Source of the DNA: Methanosarcinales archaeon
GTDB lineage: Archaea > Halobacteriota > Syntropharchaeia > Alkanophagales > Methanospirareceae
Reading direction: 5' to 3'
DNA length: 51,236 bases
Assembly: GCA_030611585.1 (NCBI GenBank)
Contig: JAUWPM010000003.1
Span: 1-51,236 of the forward strand
Shown piece by piece: positions 1-8,950 of this stretch. The notes under the pieces were generated by a model. It ran no database searches and was not told the DNA's origin. It was given only the letters and a program-made list of their open reading frames with translations. The translations under genes were made by a program, and so were the position numbers. The stretch's first letter is position 1, and each line of letters begins with the position of its first letter.

Positions 1-549
1 TCCATCCGGAACGTGCCTTATCGCCTCTGGTTCTATAATGTACAAGCCGGTATTCGCAAGGTTGGAGAAACACTCATCCGGAGCGGGCTTCTCTTTGAAG
101 TTTATTATCCTACCCGTGGATTCTATCTCCGCGATCCCATATAAAGACGGATTAGGCACGGGTAGAAGTGCAATGGTCACTGAACCTTCATGCGCTTTGT
201 GAAACGTCATCAGCTTCCCTATGTCTATCTCCGTAATGTTATCGCCCTGTATAATTACCATTGTATCGGCTATTCCAGCGTTTTTTACCGACCCCGCGGT
301 TCCTAATGGCGAAGGCTCCTCAGGATATGAAAGCTTCAAATTCTTTCTGCTGCTGAGATAATTCATCGTTTGCTCTCTCAGGTAGTTCGTGGTGATAACA
401 ATCTCTTTCAAGCCATAACCAGCCAGATAATCCAATATATAATCTATTACCGGTCTATTCACCAGCGGAATCATAGCCTTCGGCGTGCTAAGCGTAAGCG
501 GTCTGAGCCGTGTTCCATAGCCGCCCGCAAGAATCACTGCTTTTGCCAT
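1..549 (-). CDS. Sugar-phosphate nucleotidyltransferase (mannose-1-P guanylyltransferase/NDP-sugar synthase family), 3' part outside the window
   Basis: Not in the ORF track because it runs off the edge. Hand translation from ATG at 549 gives MAKAVILAGGYGTRLRPLTLSTPKAMIPLVNRPV...EPSPLGTAGSVKNAG...IQGDN...FKEKP, the classic NTP-transferase motifs. Confidence 0.92.
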   Translation of the reverse strand, partial: MAKAVILAGGYGTRLRPLTLSTPKAMIPLVNRPVIDYILDYLAGYGLKEIVITTNYLREQTMNYLSSRKNLKLSYPEEPSPLGTAGSVKNAGIADTMVIIQGDNITEIDIGKLMTFHKAHEGSVTIALLPVPNPSLYGIAEIESTGRIINFKEKPAPDECFSNLANTGLYIIEPEAIRHVPDG

Positions 550-570
550 CTTTAACGTTACTTTCTTTTA

Positions 571-590
571 AAAAGGAAGCTTTATAAAAC
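571..590 (+). promoter_or_regulatory. Putative BRE/TATA promoter in the short divergent intergenic region
   Basis: AAAAGGAAGC-TTTATAAAA ends about 25 nt upstream of the ATG at 615, consistent with a nearly leaderless transcript. Confidence 0.5.
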
Positions 591-614
591 CGTAGATAGG
601 GATAGAAACATATA

Positions 615-1493
615 ATGAATAAAAAGTTTGTAAATGCCTATTCACCTTCGCATATAACTGGCTTCTTCGAGATATGCGATAATAAAAATCCACTGTATAA
701 AGGCTCTCGTGGCTGCGGCATCGTGTTAGAAGCAGGCTGTGTAACTGAAGTTTCTATCGGGCATGATCTTCCGGTAAATGCGCAAATAGAAATAAACGGC
801 AGAGCGGAAGAGGCGAATACCACTAAGTACGTTGTTGAGCATCTGGCAGGTGCATCTGAAGTTGCAGTCATGGTCGTGGTATCAACGAACTTCGAAGTGC
901 CGGTCGGCTGTGGGTTTGGTGCAAGCGGCGCCGGTGCGCTCAGTACTGCCCACGCCTTAAACGAACTTTTGTCGCTCAATATGACGGTAAACGAGGTAGC
1001 GCAAATCGCACACTGCGCCGAAGTGGAAAACAGCACGGGCTTAGGTGACGTAATCGCGGAGACGTGCGGTGGTATAGTGATAAGAAAGAAGCCAGGGCCT
1101 CCAGGAATAGGCGTAATTGATCGGATACCACATAGAAACGAGCGAATAAGTTACGTGGCGCTTGGTAAAAAATCGACAAAATCGGTGTTAACGGAAGGCG
1201 GTGACGAGCTGAAACGGCGAATAAACGAAGCGGGTAGGGCAGCGATGAAAGCGTTGATGCGGAAGCCCACGGTGGAAACATTCATGCGTGCGTCACGTGA
1301 ATTCTCGTTACGAATCGAACTGATAAGCGATACCTGCAAGGATGCGATAGAGGCGGTGGATGCCGAAGGGAAAGTCGCCAGTGTGGCAATGTTAGGAGAA
1401 ACGGTTTTTGTCATCGGCGATAGTGAAGCATTGAGCGAGTTCGGAGAAGTAAAAGAAAGTAGAATCTCTAATGCGGGAGTGAGAGTTATTTGA
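615..1493 (+). CDS. pok: Pantoate kinase (GHMP kinase family)
   Basis: N-terminal PSHITGFF, GSRGCG, GHMP motif PVGCGFGASGA, AEVENSTGLGDV, C-terminal AMLGETVF. Confidence 0.9.
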   Translation: MNKKFVNAYSPSHITGFFEICDNKNPLYKGSRGCGIVLEAGCVTEVSIGHDLPVNAQIEINGRAEEANTTKYVVEHLAGASEVAVMVVVSTNFEVPVGCGFGASGAGALSTAHALNELLSLNMTVNEVAQIAHCAEVENSTGLGDVIAETCGGIVIRKKPGPPGIGVIDRIPHRNERISYVALGKKSTKSVLTEGGDELKRRINEAGRAAMKALMRKPTVETFMRASREFSLRIELISDTCKDAIEAVDAEGKVASVAMLGETVFVIGDSEALSEFGEVKESRISNAGVRVI

Positions 1494-1525
1494 AGACGTT
1501 TGTGCTAAGATTTCTCTGTTTCTGT

Positions 1526-1780
1526 AACCACGAGATTACACAGATTTTCACAAGAAAACAGAAAATAAGTTATAGACACAGATTAACGCTCGTGGGCTCC
1601 GCCCACGTTCCCGAAAACCCTGAAAGGGTTTAATTAACACAGATGATAAGAATCAACAAACACGGTTAAACGAAAATAAATCTGCGTAAATCAGTGTAAA
1701 TCTGTGTCTTAAATAGAAGGAAGCTATGCTTTATATACAACGAGAAACTGTGTGGATACGTCTTGTGGAATCTCGTGGTT
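1526..1780. repeat. Nested palindromic intergenic repeat element
   Basis: Outer arms AACCACGAGATT (1526) / AATCTCGTGGTT (1769-1780); inner arms AGACACAGATT (1574) / AATCTGTGTCT (1699-1709); double-hairpin insert at 1591-1631. Confidence 0.75.
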
Positions 1781-1783
1781 CTT

Positions 1784-2008
1784 TTACTTTTCCTTCTTCA
1801 CGTCCAGGACTCTTCCCTTATCATCCAACACGAATTCCAGTAGAATCCGGTCTGTTTTGTATGCTTTTGGGTTCCAAGTCCGTCCACACGACCCGCATTC
1901 AACGTCACTGCCTAATTCCACGATGTACCAGCTTGCATCCGCGTATGACGTTCCACAATAAGGGCAAATGCTAACTGCGACATCCAAAAAGGCTTTCTTT
2001 TGCTCCAT
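1784..2008 (-). CDS. Small zinc-ribbon protein
   Basis: 74 aa with CPYCG and CGSCG knuckles. Confidence 0.8.
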   Translation of the reverse strand: MEQKKAFLDVAVSICPYCGTSYADASWYIVELGSDVECGSCGRTWNPKAYKTDRILLEFVLDDKGRVLDVKKEK

Positions 2009-2080
2009 GTGTTAAAATATTTGATTTCTGACTTTAAATATTTCGTACTTTTAGGTTTGCCAAAAATTTGTTCTTCTTTT

Positions 2081-2113
2081 AATCTTGTGGACATCTGTGT
2101 AATCTTGTGGTTT
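2081..2113. repeat. Isolated arm of the AACCACRAGATTACAC repeat family (reverse orientation)
   Basis: AATCTTGTGGACATCTGTGTAATCTTGTGGTTT is a near reverse complement of 1526-1555 and 40126-40150. Confidence 0.7.
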
Positions 2114-2124
2114 GCTAAACTATT

Positions 2125-2700
2125 TCACGACGCCAGAATCAAATCCAGCAGAGCTTTCCTATCCACTTCCGCTCGCGTCCGCCAGCCGATATACAATACC
2201 TTATCCGCTTCACCCACATAGCCCTGCTTGATGTACCGATCGAGAGCGAAGAATATTCGCTGTTTGGGGAATTTCGCACTTAAAAACGTCTCGACCGCTT
2301 TCCGCGTCGCTTTGCCCTGCTTCGAGATGATATAAGCCAACGTAGCGGAGAGCATGGCAACGTTGTCTATCCGTTCACCCGAAGCCTTCTCAATCACCGG
2401 GCTTTTGAGCACAATCATAAACCGGTCGCGCTCTGCTCTCTTATCTCCTTTTCCTTTGTCTTCCCCTTCCCCTTCTCCTCCTTCTCCCGCTTCGCTTATT
2501 CGTTTGACTTCCATGCCAAGCTTATCGAGCGCGGAATTTAAAACCCCGATTACTTCCATATAGTCATCGCCCAATGCCTTTTTAAGCTCCCAACCTTTAA
2601 CGCCCGGGATTCTATGCTGCCTGAAGAATAATAACTGAGCTGCCTTCTTCACCTTCCGTTCGGTTCTTGCCCTTAATTCCTCTTCTGTTTCCCCTTCCAT
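2125..2700 (-). CDS. Putative kite (tandem winged-helix; ScpB/Nse1/Nse3-like) subunit of an SMC-type complex
   Basis: About 190 aa with two predicted WH domains. The C-terminal LYIGWRTRAEVD resembles the MAGE/Nse3 wing motif. Overlaps the upstream kleisin-like gene. Start is ATG 2700 or TTG 2709. Confidence 0.55.
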   Translation of the reverse strand: MEGETEEELRARTERKVKKAAQLLFFRQHRIPGVKGWELKKALGDDYMEVIGVLNSALDKLGMEVKRISEAGEGGEGEGEDKGKGDKRAERDRFMIVLKSPVIEKASGERIDNVAMLSATLAYIISKQGKATRKAVETFLSAKFPKQRIFFALDRYIKQGYVGEADKVLYIGWRTRAEVDRKALLDLILAS

Positions 2701-3542
2701 CTTAACCAATCCTCATAGCTTAACGAAACCGGAATAGACCTGCCCTGAGTGTGATCTGCTTTGGCATTGACGTTGGTGTTACTCGGAGAAATAAACACTT
2801 CTTCTTCTAAGGGATTTATATCGAGTTCCGCTTTGCCTTCGTTTACTAGATAACTCGTCAGATACGCTTTTTTTATACTCGTTTCGAACGCATCGCCATA
2901 AATAAAATCATGATATTCGATTCTGCCACGCGCCTCAAGGTCGTTTAAAACCGCTTTTATCGAGTAGTCGAATTCCGTTTTAGATAAGATATTCAACTCA
3001 ATTAAATCCTCAATGCCGAATGTCGATTCGATCGCAGACGGAAATGGAAACTCGTCATTCCGCGCACCGAGAGGTAGGAGAGCGTTCCAATAAGCCAGTC
3101 CCTCTTTCAACCTCTGTGGAGTAATTCGATCCATCGCTATGATTGGATGCCAGGAGTTAAAGAATGCCGTTGCTAACTGCTGGGGCTCCAGCATTTTGAG
3201 TTTGAGTTCCAGTAACACTGGATCTATATAGAACGACGAGGAGCGGTCTTTTATCCATTTACCCTGCAATTCGATTATCTTTGCCAATTCGGCGATCGCC
3301 TCTGCGTCTAAAAGCAGGTCGTCTAACGATTTCCACTTCTTAGTTTTATGATACCGCTTCAGCGTTTCCAGAAACTTCTTGACGTCCAGGTCGAACGGGT
3401 CAGTCCCTTCCGTTTGTATCGTTTTACAAAAATTTAGCAGTCGGAATAGCTCGTCGAATTTCATTTGCTTACCTGGATTTTTGTAATTCCCCATCGTTGT
3501 TAACGTCCACCTCTCGCAGATATAATTTAATTTCAACTTCAT
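2673..3542 (-). CDS. Putative kleisin (ScpA-like) protein; true start may be 3494 or 3464
   Basis: DPFDLDV followed by helices (LLLDAEAIAELAKIIELQ) resembles the ScpA N-domain DPWDID. The C-terminal YLTSYLVNEGKAELD...EEVFI resembles the kleisin winged helix. Confidence 0.55.
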   Translation of the reverse strand: MKLKLNYICERWTLTTMGNYKNPGKQMKFDELFRLLNFCKTIQTEGTDPFDLDVKKFLETLKRYHKTKKWKSLDDLLLDAEAIAELAKIIELQGKWIKDRSSSFYIDPVLLELKLKMLEPQQLATAFFNSWHPIIAMDRITPQRLKEGLAYWNALLPLGARNDEFPFPSAIESTFGIEDLIELNILSKTEFDYSIKAVLNDLEARGRIEYHDFIYGDAFETSIKKAYLTSYLVNEGKAELDINPLEEEVFISPSNTNVNAKADHTQGRSIPVSLSYEDWLRWKGKQKRN

Positions 3543-3656
3543 CCTTAAATAAATCTAAAAATCATCCCTTTCCATCGCCCATATTGAAGTAGGACTGAAA
3601 ATTGGACTATTGACCGGAAGTTTTAAATACTAACCACTCCTAACCAAAAGTAGGGG

Positions 3657-6600
3657 ATGAAAATGTTTGTAGATATGAAGAATAATAATAAAGGGGAGGG
3701 TATTGGAGGTGTTCGTATAAAAAATAAGAAGTTGATTGTGATGGCAGTTGCTGTTCTGACCCTGTTAGTGGTGTTTATAGGTATGGCACTACAGCCTGCG
3801 GCAGCGCAAACGTGGCCTACCTCGTGGACGTGGATAGATTCCGATCCAAATGAGAATGGTTGGCAAGATGATTTCCGGGATGTGAAAAATGCTTACTATA
3901 ATTATGACGAAGAATATCTCTATCTTCGAATGTGTTGTTATGCTAATGCGACATTAACATCCCCTAACCAAGAAGGCCGATTTAAATGGTTCATAGATTT
4001 AGATCACAATGCTCATAAACAAGGTGGAAATATAATAGAGGGGGAATATCTTCTTTTTGTTGAAGATGCAAATAACAATGGCACTGGTGAGGTCTATCTT
4101 TTGAATGATACTGACGGTGATGGTTATTTCGATGATGACTGGGGCCAATCTACAGGCGGCCTATATAAAAACGAAACTATTACTAATGTTAGTATAGCAG
4201 ACTATAGAATAACTGGCAAGTGTGTCGATTTATATGTGCGTCTGGCCAACATAACTAATCCCTCTAATTTATCCCTCATCTGGGTAACAGATCAAGAGAA
4301 TCCTAACCTCGATCAAGCACCCACTACTGATCACCCTGACTCAACGCCAATAGGTCCCTTATGCATACATTGTGCACCCGTTTTTAGTTTAGCGAAGTAT
4401 GATTGGCCGGATCCCGTTAAAGCTGGCGAGAATCTTACGTATACCATTATCTATGAGAATACAGGCAACATGAACGCCACGAATGTTACCGTAACGGAGG
4501 TATTTGACAACAATGTAACCTTTCTCAATGCAACGCCTGCACCTGATACTGGAACAAATGACACATGGACAATCCCAAATCTCCCCGTTGATGGTAAACA
4601 TTATATCAACATCACGGTCAGGGTGAATGGCACGGTCGCCAATGGTACCATCCTAACGAATTATGTGAATATTACATGCGATCAGGGCGTCGAAAATAAT
4701 CATACTGTATATACAGAAGTGGTAGGCGAGCCCGTATTGAGTATTACCAAGTACGCTTGGCCTGACCCTGTTGCGCCATGTGGAAATCTTACTTATACCA
4801 TTCTATTCGGAAATACCGGCGATGTTAATGCTGCCAACACAACACTGAATGATACGCTTCCATCACAGGTAACCTTTATTTCTGCTTCGCCTGAGCCCAC
4901 CAATACGTCTAACGATAACCACACGTTATCTTGGGATATTGGTAATCTTCCACGAAATGACACTCGTACTATCACGATCAACGTGACGGTTAATTGTCCA
5001 CTTCCCTGTGGATCTAACCTTACGAATTTTGTCAATCTCTCCGCTGATAATGCAGAGACGGTGAATCATACTGAGGTGACAATAGTACGCTCTGTTCCAA
5101 GGCTGGAAATAGTAAAATTTGATAGCCCAGATCCGGTAGAAGCAGGAGCACAGCTAACCTATACAATTTATGTCAACAATACCGGATGTGCAAATGCTAC
5201 CAATGTGACGGTTACTGAACTATATGATGCCAACGTCACCTTTGTAAATGCAACGCCATATCCTGATTCTGGAAACAATATATGGAATCTTTCGACTCTC
5301 AATGTCAGCGAAAGTAAAACAATCACAATCACCGTGAATGTCACATCTCCGCTTCCAAATGGCACAATTTTGGTGAACTTTGCGAATGTAACCTGTGACC
5401 AGGGTGTGAAAGATCAAATCTATCAGGATACCACAGTAATATCTGCACCCTATTGTAGTTTAGCAAAATATGACTTCCCAGATCCCGTTAAAGCCGGCGC
5501 GAATCTTACGTATACCATTATCTGTGAGAATACGGGCAACATGAACGCCACGAATGGTGTCATAACGGAGGAATACGATGCCAATGTCACCTTTCTCAAT
5601 GCAACGCCTGCACCTGATACTGGAACAAATAACACCACATGGACAATCCTCAATGCTCCACCAGGCGTTAAGCATTATATCAACATCACGGTCAGGGTGA
5701 ATGAGACGGTCGCCAATGGTACCATCCTCACTAATTATGTAAACGTCACATCCGACCAGGACTTTGAACATAATCATACTATTTATACTGAAGTTGTGGG
5801 TGCGCCCGCATTGAGTATTACCAAGTACGCTTGGCCAAACCCTGTTTCACCACGTGGCAATCTTACCTACACCCTTTATTACGCAAATTTCGGCGGGGAT
5901 AATGCTACCAACACAACACTGAATGATACGCTTCCACCACAGGTAACCTTTATTTCTGCCTCTCCTGTGCCCACCAACACGTCTAACGATAACCACACGT
6001 TATTCTGGGATATTGGTGATCTTCCACGAAATGACACTCGTACTATCACTATCAATGTGTCAGTTAATTGTCCACTTCCCGATGGAACTATCCTTGTAAA
6101 TAACGTCAGTCTCTCCGCTGATGAGGTAGAGACGGTTAATGATACTGCGAAAACAACAGTAGACTCTACTCCAAGGCTGGAGATAGTAAAACTTGATAGT
6201 CCCGATCCTGTACAAGTAGGAGGACAGCTAAACTATACGATATATGTCAATAATACGGGCTGCGCAAATGCGACAAATGTAACGGTTACTGATGTAGTAG
6301 CTATGGCTAATGTCACTTTTGTAAATTCTGATCCTTCCCCAAATATTTCGGGGAACAATACATGGACATGGACGAATTCAAGCATTGCACCGGGAGAAAG
6401 CTGGCAGATAACACTAACGGTTCAGGTTGATACTCTTCCGCTTGATGGGATTTTATTTGACTTTGTGAATGTAACCTGCGATCAGAATGTGAAAGCTGAC
6501 AAATGGGTGCTTACAAACGTGACATCCCCCAACATTGTCGATCCGAAAATTGCTGTCGATCAAAACGGTCCTCCGTTAGAGCCTGGGGACATCATCTGTT

Positions 6601-7097
6601 ATACCGCATGGGTAAACAACACGGGAAACGCAAATTCAACCGATAATCCAGGTAACGAATTCGAGGATCCCATACCAGAGAACACTACCTACAATAATGG
6701 TTCTTTGCAGATAAACGATGTAAATGAGACCGATGATATTGGTGATGGTATTGGCTACGACGCGGACAATAATACGATTATTTGGAATGGCAATATTACT
6801 GCTGGTGGCTCAATCAAAATTGGGTTTTGCGTTACTGTGGATACAAACGTGACTACAGGGATGGTGATTTCGAATCAAGGAATTGTTTATTACGATAGAA
6901 ATGGAAATGGGACAAACGATGCAGAAGAACCGACCGATGATCCGGGAACTGAAGTAGTAAATGACCCCACCGATTTAGTACTCGATTTTGCTCCGTCACT
7001 GCCGGTTCCAACCATGACACCAGTTGGGATGATAGCACTTGTAGGATTGCTTTCCGCGGTCGCTGCACTGAGTATAGGAATAAGGAAGAAAGGATAA
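3657..7097 (+). CDS. Secreted/cell-surface DUF11-repeat glycoprotein with C-terminal sorting/anchor signal
   Basis: Signal peptide (KNKK + hydrophobic stretch + AAA-Q); about 7 repeats of K.D.PDPV..G..LTYTI...NTG...ATN; many NxT sequons; C-terminal VPTMTPVG + TM helix + RKK. Start codon uncertain. Confidence 0.9.
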   Translation: MKMFVDMKNNNKGEGIGGVRIKNKKLIVMAVAVLTLLVVFIGMALQPAAAQTWPTSWTWIDSDPNENGWQDDFRDVKNAYYNYDEEYLYLRMCCYANATLTSPNQEGRFKWFIDLDHNAHKQGGNIIEGEYLLFVEDANNNGTGEVYLLNDTDGDGYFDDDWGQSTGGLYKNETITNVSIADYRITGKCVDLYVRLANITNPSNLSLIWVTDQENPNLDQAPTTDHPDSTPIGPLCIHCAPVFSLAKYDWPDPVKAGENLTYTIIYENTGNMNATNVTVTEVFDNNVTFLNATPAPDTGTNDTWTIPNLPVDGKHYINITVRVNGTVANGTILTNYVNITCDQGVENNHTVYTEVVGEPVLSITKYAWPDPVAPCGNLTYTILFGNTGDVNAANTTLNDTLPSQVTFISASPEPTNTSNDNHTLSWDIGNLPRNDTRTITINVTVNCPLPCGSNLTNFVNLSADNAETVNHTEVTIVRSVPRLEIVKFDSPDPVEAGAQLTYTIYVNNTGCANATNVTVTELYDANVTFVNATPYPDSGNNIWNLSTLNVSESKTITITVNVTSPLPNGTILVNFANVTCDQGVKDQIYQDTTVISAPYCSLAKYDFPDPVKAGANLTYTIICENTGNMNATNGVITEEYDANVTFLNATPAPDTGTNNTTWTILNAPPGVKHYINITVRVNETVANGTILTNYVNVTSDQDFEHNHTIYTEVVGAPALSITKYAWPNPVSPRGNLTYTLYYANFGGDNATNTTLNDTLPPQVTFISASPVPTNTSNDNHTLFWDIGDLPRNDTRTITINVSVNCPLPDGTILVNNVSLSADEVETVNDTAKTTVDSTPRLEIVKLDSPDPVQVGGQLNYTIYVNNTGCANATNVTVTDVVAMANVTFVNSDPSPNISGNNTWTWTNSSIAPGESWQITLTVQVDTLPLDGILFDFVNVTCDQNVKADKWVLTNVTSPNIVDPKIAVDQNGPPLEPGDIICYTAWVNNTGNANSTDNPGNEFEDPIPENTTYNNGSLQINDVNETDDIGDGIGYDADNNTIIWNGNITAGGSIKIGFCVTVDTNVTTGMVISNQGIVYYDRNGNGTNDAEEPTDDPGTEVVNDPTDLVLDFAPSLPVPTMTPVGMIALVGLLSAVAALSIGIRKKG
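4371..6520 (+). repeat. Intragenic tandem duplication of a three-DUF11 block (~1.07 kb unit)
   Basis: TGCACCC..TAGTTTAGC at 4373 and 5444 (offset 1071); GATACGCTTCCA at 4851 and 5925 (offset 1074); long near-identical nucleotide runs. Confidence 0.9.
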
Positions 7098-7106
7098 ACT
7101 ATTTCA

Positions 7107-7125
7107 GCCCCTTTTTTCTTTTTTT
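7107..7125 (+). terminator. Oligo-T archaeal terminator
   Basis: GCCCCTTTTTTTCTTTTTT directly after the stop at 7097. Confidence 0.55.
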
Positions 7126-7362
7126 CAACAGGTACACCGTTAGGTTTTGAAAGAGATGCAGTAATCTCAACGGTGAAAATTGAGAAAAGAGGGGATTTCT
7201 ATTTCACCTCGCGCTGATATGCGCTACGCCGATTGCTTTTTTGCCCTTTACTACTGGTTATGGGACAATCTCCAGTGGAAATGGTCCCGAAAGGCTTATA
7301 TGCTCATGCTGCTCGTATGTAGAGATAACGGATCCCCACTCGAAGACCGTGGGTCTTTAAAA

Positions 7363-7515
7363 ATGATGCAGGTGAATAATCGAACTGACGGAGAGGACGC
7401 AGCACTAAAAATACCCTATTGCGCTTTAACACTAAAGGAAGCGTTATACTTGCTTACCAATTATTACGAGGGCTACTTCGATGCGGGTAAACAGTCGGTG
7501 GTATTAACCGGGTAG
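7363..7515 (+). CDS. Small hypothetical protein (50 aa)
   Basis: ATG-started 3' part of ORF 7180..7515 (MMQVNNRTDG...YEGYFDAGKQSVVLTG) looks protein-like; the TTG extension does not. Confidence 0.35.
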   Translation: MMQVNNRTDGEDAALKIPYCALTLKEALYLLTNYYEGYFDAGKQSVVLTG

Positions 7516-7870
7516 AAGGATTAGAAGGGCTGGAATAAGCGAATACGAAAAGCTGCTTCTCAACAATCACTCGCATAAAAGGGAGTGCTTTTTGATTTAT
7601 TATAGAAAAGCTTATAGATTACCAATATCTTCTTTAAAAATGATACAATGCGAGAAATGAGAGCTTTGACATGGCTAAGCAAAATTTCAGCTTTTGGGGT
7701 TAAAATGAGTCTTTGGTTGTTAGGGCAGGAAGACATGGCGAACAGGAGCTGGGTGCCCTGGAGCATATTTGTAAAGGATTGAGTTTTCAGGGGATTAAAA
7801 TGCACCAGGATACCTCAAGCGGCGCTAAAAGGGATGAGGATAGTAGTATTGGATTGGAGGCATTGATACG

Positions 7871-8116
7871 ATGAATATAGTAAAGTGGGCTGGTGTTGCG
7901 GTATTTCTCATTGGACTGCTGGTTATGGTGGCTTATAGCATGTACCCGCTTTTTTACCAACAGGCGGAGGAATCTACGATACTGTTTGGAATGAAAGTAA
8001 GCATGGTGCTGATGGGTATCGGTTCAGCTATTTTAATAATAACAATGAGCATTGAACGATACAAAGACTGGAAAAAGATGAAAGAGGAGATAGATGAGAA
8101 GGAGTTGAGACCATGA
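7871..8116 (+). CDS. Small two-TM membrane protein
   Basis: Two hydrophobic helices and a charged tail; GGAGG RBS; ATGA overlap with the next gene. Confidence 0.8.
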   Translation: MNIVKWAGVAVFLIGLLVMVAYSMYPLFYQQAEESTILFGMKVSMVLMGIGSAILIITMSIERYKDWKKMKEEIDEKELRP

Positions 8117-8433
8117 GCGTAATGGTGGTAAATACTGATTTCGTCCCGGGTAAGGAGATAGTAGAGGTTTTAGGTCTGGCGAAAGGGAATGTGATTCAGG
8201 CGAAACATCTCGGAAAGGATATAGCGGCGGGTTTTCGAACGATTGTCGGTGGTGAGATAAAAGAGTACACGGAGATGATGAGCGAGGCGCGCGAGATCGC
8301 ATTGAAAAGAATGGTGGAGAAGGCCGAGGAGATGGGCGCTGATGCGGTCGTGAATCTTCGGTTTATGACCTCTATGGTGATGAGTGGCGCAGCGGAGATA
8401 CTTGCGTACGGCACTGCGGTGAAGTTGAAGTGA
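8113..8433 (+). CDS. YbjQ/UPF0145 family protein
   Basis: GKDIAAGFRTIVGGEIKEY, GADAVVNLRF, AYGTAVKL. Confidence 0.93.
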   Translation: MSVMVVNTDFVPGKEIVEVLGLAKGNVIQAKHLGKDIAAGFRTIVGGEIKEYTEMMSEAREIALKRMVEKAEEMGADAVVNLRFMTSMVMSGAAEILAYGTAVKLK

Positions 8434-8528
8434 ATTCGCCTTATGCAACTGCTTTTGGTTGGGAGTGCGTATAGTAAATAAAGACGGAAGAGAACGAAAT
8501 AGGAGATCTCTGAGGCGGCTTTGAGACC

Positions 8529-8915
8529 ATGAGCATAATAGTGGTAAATACGGATTTCGTCCCGGGTAAGGAGATAGCGGCGGTTTTAGGGCTTGTGAAA
8601 GTTTTTTATAAGTATCGCATGGCTGTCACTGACTGTGGTAGGCTTATAGTAGATCTTTTAGGACCCGTGGAAGTAGAGGTCATTCAGGCGAAAGAGTACG
8701 ATGAGAATATGACGGCGGGATTTCAGCAAATTGCCAGCGATGAGATGCACCCGGACGCGATATTCGAAGGTAAGATAATCGCACTGGGAAGGCTGAAAAA
8801 AAAGGCTGAGGAACTGGGTGCTGATGCAATCATAAATGCGCGATTTATGACCGCTAGGATAACGAGCGGAATCTCAGAGATGCTCGCATACGGCACCGCG
8901 GTGAAGTTAAAGTGA
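8529..8915 (+). CDS. Divergent YbjQ/UPF0145 paralog with internal insertion
   Basis: Same N- and C-termini as the upstream copy; altered middle; 22 aa longer. Confidence 0.85.
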   Translation: MSIIVVNTDFVPGKEIAAVLGLVKVFYKYRMAVTDCGRLIVDLLGPVEVEVIQAKEYDENMTAGFQQIASDEMHPDAIFEGKIIALGRLKKKAEELGADAIINARFMTARITSGISEMLAYGTAVKLK

Positions 8916-8950
8916 AATCAGACAAAAAATAAAAGAAGGGGGATATTTAA

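Noticed and set aside
7516-7870. ORF 7560..7805 (-) or a hidden RNA in this intergenic gap
   Set aside because: No recognisable protein motif or stable structure; probably promoter plus decayed sequence.
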